Shown piece after piece: positions 58,713-64,000 of a stretch of DNA of 64,000 nucleotides. The DNA lies in the IMG/VR virus record IMGVR_UViG_3300033156_000424, positions 7,121-71,120 of that record, one strand, 5' to 3'. Position 1 is the stretch's first letter, and every line of letters begins with the position of its first letter. Both the position numbers and the translations under genes were made by a program. A model generated the notes under the pieces. The model did no database searches and was not told where the DNA came from. It worked only from the letters and a program-made list of their open reading frames with translations. Source of the stretch: a virus.

Positions 58713-59210
58713 TTAACCAAACCATAAATTAAAGAAGAACATGATAACTATCCCACCAGCCACAAGTATGAGCCCATTAAAAAATAACCATAAAAATGAT
58801 TTAGTCCCTCCCATACTCCGAGACCCATCAGCATTTCTCCAGAACACTCTTATACAAGCAGAGCCAACCCATCCTTTGACATATAAATCTAAAAAGAGAT
58901 GAGATGCATATCCAAAAAGAAAGAATGCATACAGTGGAAGAAGAGCATTTGTTTCATCAGTTACAAAATAAATTGGAAGTATAGAAAGAGCTGGAAGAAA
59001 CAAAGAATGTGTTATAACATTCCTATGAGGGAGAAACTTATTCCAAATAATATCATAGTCCGGCATCTGAGAACCAAACTGACAGATGAAAAGAGACAAC
59101 ATTATCCACAATGAATTCGTTTTCATCGGAAGCTCTATCAGAAAATAAGATGCAATCATTGCTATAGCCCAAGTCACAAATCCGCCGATGATATGACTTT
59201 TTCTGTTCAT
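58713..59210 (-). CDS. membrane-bound metal-dependent hydrolase (YdjM-like)
   Basis: SH, PDYD, HR..THS, GYASHLFLD and several TM helices. Confidence 0.8.
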   Translation of the reverse strand: MNRKSHIIGGFVTWAIAMIASYFLIELPMKTNSLWIMLSLFICQFGSQMPDYDIIWNKFLPHRNVITHSLFLPALSILPIYFVTDETNALLPLYAFFLFGYASHLFLDLYVKGWVGSACIRVFWRNADGSRSMGGTKSFLWLFFNGLILVAGGIVIMFFFNLWFG

Positions 59211-59211
59211 A

Positions 59212-59646
59212 TCAACACCCTAATGTTTTATCGGCATATTCAAATATAATTTCCATATCGTTTTCTGATGCTGTTGAAATATTTGTTGTTCTATGCTCTA
59301 TTTTTTTCCACACACCACAAATATAACATTTATAATACTCACCACCAGTATCAATGTGTTCTAATACCCAGATATGTTCATGATGAAAATTTATTTCTTC
59401 TCCGCCTATATATCCAAATTCTCCATATCCATCATACGTTGTATAGTCTTGATAAGATACTGGGTCACTTCTATCTGACGTTATTATCTTTGGGGGTGGA
59501 TTAATAATATCGTTATATTGTTTTATTATTTCTTCTATTTTATCGACAAGTTCAACTATACCAAGACATCTTTGTAATGATGCAAACTCCTTACTCTTTT
59601 TAAATTCTTCAATCTCTTTAAACATTTTTTCTATATCATCTTTCAT
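59212..59646 (-). CDS. hypothetical protein with H/C zinc motif
   Basis: HEHIW...CYICG. Confidence 0.55.
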   Translation of the reverse strand: MKDDIEKMFKEIEEFKKSKEFASLQRCLGIVELVDKIEEIIKQYNDIINPPPKIITSDRSDPVSYQDYTTYDGYGEFGYIGGEEINFHHEHIWVLEHIDTGGEYYKCYICGVWKKIEHRTTNISTASENDMEIIFEYADKTLGC

Positions 59647-59656
59647 TCAATTTCCC

Positions 59657-59914
59657 CTATCTATATTTTGGTTTATGTGCAAAACGGATAGTTATATTAC
59701 CAAACCCTCTTTTTATATTATCCACAATATCAAAAATATTCACGATACCTAAATCACAATCAATGTTATGTCGTTCTCTATATTCTTCTTTAAACTCTTC
59801 AGCTTCAAGTAACACCTTTACAGCAAGATAATAAAAAAGTTTTGGGGTGATATAATAGTCACCTTGAAATTCCATGAGTTTGTATGGTTCTCCTTCAAGC
59901 TCTTCAAGAATCAT
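59657..59914 (-). CDS. hypothetical protein
   Basis: ATGA overlap with the portal gene. Confidence 0.55.
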   Translation of the reverse strand: MILEELEGEPYKLMEFQGDYYITPKLFYYLAVKVLLEAEEFKEEYRERHNIDCDLGIVNIFDIVDNIKRGFGNITIRFAHKPKYR

Positions 59915-61518
59915 TTTTTCACACCACCAGTTGGCTTTGATTTCTTCTTTGTCGTGCCAGTTGGGGTGCTTCCATCTTTCTTGTTTGGATTAGCTTGTGC
60001 TGGAGCTGTCTGAAACTTCTTCGGGTTCTTTGTCTCCTCACGCAATCTTTCAGCACTTGCTAACCTTTCCTCAGCAGAAGCAAGTTTATCTCTATTCGCT
60101 GGGTTGAGCTTATCCTCATCATAATCTTTCGGATATAGAAGCTCTTCTCGTGCTTCCTCGACATCTATGACCCCAGCATTAAGTAATGCCTCAAGACGTA
60201 ATCTCATATCAGAAACCTTTTCAATAACCCTCCATTTCAATGTTGGTATCTTCTTCCACTGTTTTGGTTTAATCTTGAGATTCCCCGTTGACCTATACTT
60301 CCCAGCTTCATCAGCAGATGCTTTATCTGGTTTTGGATAAAATATTAAATCTGGGAAACATTTCCTTCTAAACACATTTGTCAGATGGGTCTGAATCGTC
60401 TTCAAGAACCTTACAAATGATTCCATAAGATATTCTGCCGTTGATTGTCGTGACGTTCCACCAGCAGATTCCCCCAACAAAATGTTAGGAACACCAATAC
60501 CTTTCAATATCTCTGTATTCACATATACGAGATAGTTGGTTATATCCATCGTCTCATTTCCCATCACTATTGGTTTCGGCTCAACGTACCAAGGAAGAGC
60601 AACATTTTTATCCTCTGCTTGGGTATCTAAAATGGTCTTCACAAGATTTAGATGATTTGTCGATACCGTCTGATACGCCTCATTTCCAACAAGCCAAGCA
60701 ATAAACGGTTCAGCCCATCTCTGTACAAGATATGCCAAATCTTCCTTCATCCCTAACTTCATATTTAACGTATCCATAAGCGGCATCAATGTACTTGACC
60801 CATAGGTTGCGTTTGTAAAATTGTTCCAATCAATATGAATCATATGCTCTGGATAGATTTTTATGTCATCTTTTTTTGGTTTGAAAGAAAGTGTCTCTAA
60901 CGATGTCCCATAGGTATTTGCAAGTGTCGATGTTCTCTGGTAATATGCCTTTATTTCTCCAGTCTCGGCTCTATCTATATATACTGTGGTTGGATGTAAA
61001 ATCTTCAATTCTTCGATTCCCCATCCGTTCTCACTCAACGGTTCTTTATCATAAATCTTTTCAATAAACGCGTTTCCAAATATGAGTAAATCCATAATAA
61101 CAGCAACAAAAACTTTATGAAGATTCACATAATTCGCCCACTCTGTTATCAACTCAAGGATGGATTCCTCTTTCTTTGATATCTTCTTCTTGATGAATGG
61201 ATATCCGAAATAAAACCCATAACTCACACAAAGATATGCGATGACATTTACAGCCCTAAACAACACTGGGTCGGCATAATATGCCCTCTCATACATCATC
61301 CAGTTCTCTGTCTTCGATTCTCCCTTGTTCTTTGTAATCGTGCCTATTGATAGCCGCTTCGGTGCGACTATACCCTTTCCCATACTTGCTATATAGCTAA
61401 TCGCCGTTTCTATCTGTTTCGTTGTCAAGGAATCAAACGGCGTACTCATTATTTCTGCCAAAGTCTTCCTCTCTATATCTTCCTCTAACTCATATACATG
61501 ACTCTCGTTTTCAGTCAC
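59911..61518 (-). CDS. portal protein
   Basis: IFGNAFIE, LHP.TV, HMIH, YGSS, GIGVPNILLG, GVI...EARE.L. Confidence 0.9.
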   Translation of the reverse strand: MTENESHVYELEEDIERKTLAEIMSTPFDSLTTKQIETAISYIASMGKGIVAPKRLSIGTITKNKGESKTENWMMYERAYYADPVLFRAVNVIAYLCVSYGFYFGYPFIKKKISKKEESILELITEWANYVNLHKVFVAVIMDLLIFGNAFIEKIYDKEPLSENGWGIEELKILHPTTVYIDRAETGEIKAYYQRTSTLANTYGTSLETLSFKPKKDDIKIYPEHMIHIDWNNFTNATYGSSTLMPLMDTLNMKLGMKEDLAYLVQRWAEPFIAWLVGNEAYQTVSTNHLNLVKTILDTQAEDKNVALPWYVEPKPIVMGNETMDITNYLVYVNTEILKGIGVPNILLGESAGGTSRQSTAEYLMESFVRFLKTIQTHLTNVFRRKCFPDLIFYPKPDKASADEAGKYRSTGNLKIKPKQWKKIPTLKWRVIEKVSDMRLRLEALLNAGVIDVEEAREELLYPKDYDEDKLNPANRDKLASAEERLASAERLREETKNPKKFQTAPAQANPNKKDGSTPTGTTKKKSKPTGGVKK

Positions 61519-61540
61519 TCTTCTTCACCATTCTCTTCTT

Positions 61541-61759
61541 TTATGCTTTTTTTGTATAGGTATATACGTTTGTACCTATAACTTCCGTGTCTATATCAAC
61601 ATCCACACCCTTATATGTCAGTGCGACCTCATTATATCCATCGGCTTTCAGTACAAGAACAACACTTGTGAGATTCTCTTGCTCGACACCATCAATAAGA
61701 ACGTGTGTGTCAGAACCATGCACACCGCCCTTAACCTCAATCCTCTTTACCTTCGCCAT
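61541..61759 (-). CDS. hypothetical protein (MAKVKRIEV...)
   Basis: Likely start overlapping the end of 61737..62168. Confidence 0.55.
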   Translation of the reverse strand: MAKVKRIEVKGGVHGSDTHVLIDGVEQENLTSVVLVLKADGYNEVALTYKGVDVDIDTEVIGTNVYTYTKKA

Positions 61760-62168
61760 CAGATTCAGTCCCATCAACTTCTTCTCCATCAGACACCGAC
61801 TCATCAGATACTGGCTCATCAGACCCACCAGACTCAGACTCAGCCCATGTCTCGAGAATCTCCTCAACTTCTTTCGGGTCGGTCACCACCTCACCAACAA
61901 ACCCAACTTGAACCTCCTCCTCTTCTTGAACCTCTTCTTGAACTGACTCAATAACTGGCTCTGGCTGTGGCTCGGGCTGTGATTCAACAACCGGTTCTGG
62001 CTCTTCAACAACCAATGTATCCGGCTCGGGCTCTAACTCCTCAATAACCCTCTCCATCAACACAGAACAACGGTAACATCGCTGACCGAACCTCTCATTA
62101 CGCGGATTTAACGGAATCTTGCACCGACACTTCGGACACTGAAAATATTCGCGAACTTCTACACTCAT
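61737..62168 (-). CDS. zinc ribbon plus acidic E/P-rich protein, first gene of the late operon
   Basis: CPKC and CYRC followed by a low-complexity acidic tail. Confidence 0.65.
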   Translation of the reverse strand: MSVEVREYFQCPKCRCKIPLNPRNERFGQRCYRCSVLMERVIEELEPEPDTLVVEEPEPVVESQPEPQPEPVIESVQEEVQEEEEVQVGFVGEVVTDPKEVEEILETWAESESGGSDEPVSDESVSDGEEVDGTESDGEGKED

Positions 62169-62195
62169 GACTCATCACAAGCGTACCCATAGCAA

Positions 62196-62358
62196 AGAAG
62201 TATATAAAGCTTTCGATAGATTACGCGTAGAAATCGAAAACAGATACGTAATGACCGAGTAGTAAGTAGGAGAAAATGCGAAAAAATTTCAGAACCTTCT
62301 CAAATAAGCGTTTCAGCCCTTCTAATTAAGGTATTGAAAAGAATAAGCTTTAAATAGT
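62196..62358. promoter_or_regulatory. divergent promoters (late operon on -, 62405 gene on +)
   Basis: Minus CGAAAGC-TTTATATA at about 62200-62214; plus ATAAGC-TTTAAATA at about 62343-62356. Confidence 0.65.
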
Positions 62359-62404
62359 ATGCTTGAGTATAGTTAATTAGAACAAATAAATATAGGTGTA
62401 AGAA

Positions 62405-63388
62405 ATGGATAATAGATATCTCAAATTAAAAACCCTCATTGATAGAGGGGATTATGTCGGATTCATTGAAGAATGCAACCGACATAGTAAATATAAACAA
62501 TTGCCACTATCTTTTAAGATTGAACTTGAAAAAGCAATCTTGAAAGATGACAACATGAATAACAAGAAGATTGTTAAATCTTCTTGTGTTGAAATAGTCG
62601 ATAAGCAAACCTTAAGCTTGACTATCAAAAGCCAAGCCAAAGGGTTAAGTAAGACTTTTGAAAAAGGATTAGTCATAGTCAATAGAACTAATCCTAACGA
62701 AATAGAGGAGCTATGGGACAATGTCCTTTATTCTGTTGAGAAAAACGGAATAAGAGAAACTTCATTATTCTTTAATGGAGATGTTAAGGTATTGGGAAGG
62801 AGTGAGGAAGCCAAAAGGATAAGCCGTTCTTTCATAGTCCTTTTACACAAAAAATATCGTGTAAAAGTATTAATGAATGTTTCGGGTTCAGCTGTAAATA
62901 TTACAGTTGAACAAAATTTCGATAGGGTGATTCCTATCGCTAATGAGCAAACAGAATCCAGAGCAACAAAACAGTACTTCGGACATGTAGGAATTGATAG
63001 ATTTACATCTTCAATCAGATTCTACTTGCGTTCAAAGTATCTGTTAGAAGATGCCATCAGTCAAACAGTGTTCAGAGTTACAGAGTATAACAGAGAACAT
63101 AAAACAGATAATAAAGCTGTAGCTCCAGCAACAAAAGATGAGCTTGATAAAATAGCTGATAATTTAATCAGCTACATAAAGAACCATGCAGACATTTATA
63201 ACATTCCTCTTTATACTCCAGAGGAAATAAAAGAATTAATTTTACCTTTGAGTAAAATTGAGCTCATGCCAAAGGTAAGAACAAAAGATAATGAGCTTGA
63301 AAAATTAGCAAGACAAATAGCAAAAGTCACAACTATGACATTTGAAGAAGCCTTAACAATGCTCATAACAAAAAAGAGTACTCTTTAA
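62405..63388 (+). CDS. hypothetical protein
   Basis: 327-aa ORF with AGGTG RBS and promoter. Confidence 0.7.
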   Translation: MDNRYLKLKTLIDRGDYVGFIEECNRHSKYKQLPLSFKIELEKAILKDDNMNNKKIVKSSCVEIVDKQTLSLTIKSQAKGLSKTFEKGLVIVNRTNPNEIEELWDNVLYSVEKNGIRETSLFFNGDVKVLGRSEEAKRISRSFIVLLHKKYRVKVLMNVSGSAVNITVEQNFDRVIPIANEQTESRATKQYFGHVGIDRFTSSIRFYLRSKYLLEDAISQTVFRVTEYNREHKTDNKAVAPATKDELDKIADNLISYIKNHADIYNIPLYTPEEIKELILPLSKIELMPKVRTKDNELEKLARQIAKVTTMTFEEALTMLITKKSTL

Positions 63389-63429
63389 GACATCATGACT
63401 CATATAAAGAGTACTCTTTAATTTTTTTT
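63373..63429. terminator. paired AAAGAGTACTCTTT palindromes plus T tract
   Basis: Copies at 63373-63386 and 63405-63420, followed by a T run. Confidence 0.5.
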
Positions 63430-63517
63430 GTACTTTTTTAGTATGATTGTGAGCAATCAAAAACAGATGTAGGGGAAATGAAAAAGAAAAAAAGAAAATG
63501 ATAAGATGGTGATATTA

Positions 63518-63677
63518 AGACAAATAAGTATCTCTTTCTGTATCTCTATCAGTATCAAAACAGAAATACTTTGAATCTATCATACATCTTGGCATATAGA
63601 CAAATAAGTATCTCTTTCTGTATCTCTATCAGTATCAAAACAGAAATACTTTGAATCTATCATACATCTTGGCATAT
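63518..63677. repeat. perfect 80-bp tandem duplication
   Basis: 63518-63597 is identical to 63598-63677. Confidence 0.95.
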
Positions 63678-63912
63678 CTTCAAGTATTTCTATCTTAACA
63701 GTTGTTCCGTTATCCTCAAGTATTCTATAATCAACGTTATCCCTATCAAGACAATCCTTACATGCCTCACGCCAAGAACGATTTCCAAAATGTACGATAT
63801 ATTCATCATTTACTATATCGTTATTTTGTGGTTGTTCCCACTCATCTAACATCTCCAAAATATCATTTAAAATTTTTTCAACAATGGTTTTGTTTTGACT
63901 TACTTTGTTCAT
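63580..63912 (-). CDS. hypothetical protein
   Basis: GTGA RBS; C-terminus altered by the 80-bp duplication. Confidence 0.55.
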   Translation of the reverse strand: MNKVSQNKTIVEKILNDILEMLDEWEQPQNNDIVNDEYIVHFGNRSWREACKDCLDRDNVDYRILEDNGTTVKIEILEDMPRCMIDSKYFCFDTDRDTERDTYLSICQDV

Positions 63913-64000
63913 TGTTTATCACTTCTTTCAATAAACCTTTTCATTCTATTTCTTGATTCTTCAGCATCAAGAAAGTTTATCATACCTACTAACCAATAAT

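Noticed and set aside
629-63956. Many short opposite-strand ORFs in the track (e.g. 4456..4731, 12619..13059, 43080..43592, 57627..57989)
   Set aside because: Shadows of longer genes, with F/S/L/I-rich composition and no RBS.
1-64000. Alternative genetic code
   Set aside because: Long conserved genes are intact in the standard code and all three stop codons are used.

Overview
The window is most of the genome of a tailed dsDNA virus (Caudoviricetes, contractile-tail type) that almost certainly infects an archaeon. The evidence is BRE+TATA promoters, GGTGA-type ribosome-binding sites, a tRNA-Gly with an A discriminator and a PolB1-like DNA polymerase; a TACK/Asgard host is an inference. The + strand (1 to about 29950) carries many small early/accessory genes, tRNA-Gly(GCC), an Rnl2-type RNA ligase, three DNA methyltransferases, a Sak4/AAA ATPase, a PriS-PriL-SF2 helicase fusion, PolB, an SF2 helicase, a Cas4-like nuclease, a metallophosphoesterase and the large terminase. 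The - strand (about 62170 down to 29950) carries the virion module: portal, protease/scaffold, HK97 capsid, neck, sheath, tube, chaperones with a -1 frameshift site, tape measure, baseplate and fibres. The most striking unexplained element is a non-coding tandem array (13507-13785) of three hairpins. Each is closed by a canonical archaeal bulge-helix-bulge (BHB) splicing motif and encloses a different structured RNA. It is predicted to be cut by the host tRNA-splicing endonuclease into three small, possibly circular RNAs. All functional calls come from motifs read by eye and from gene order; no database searches were run.
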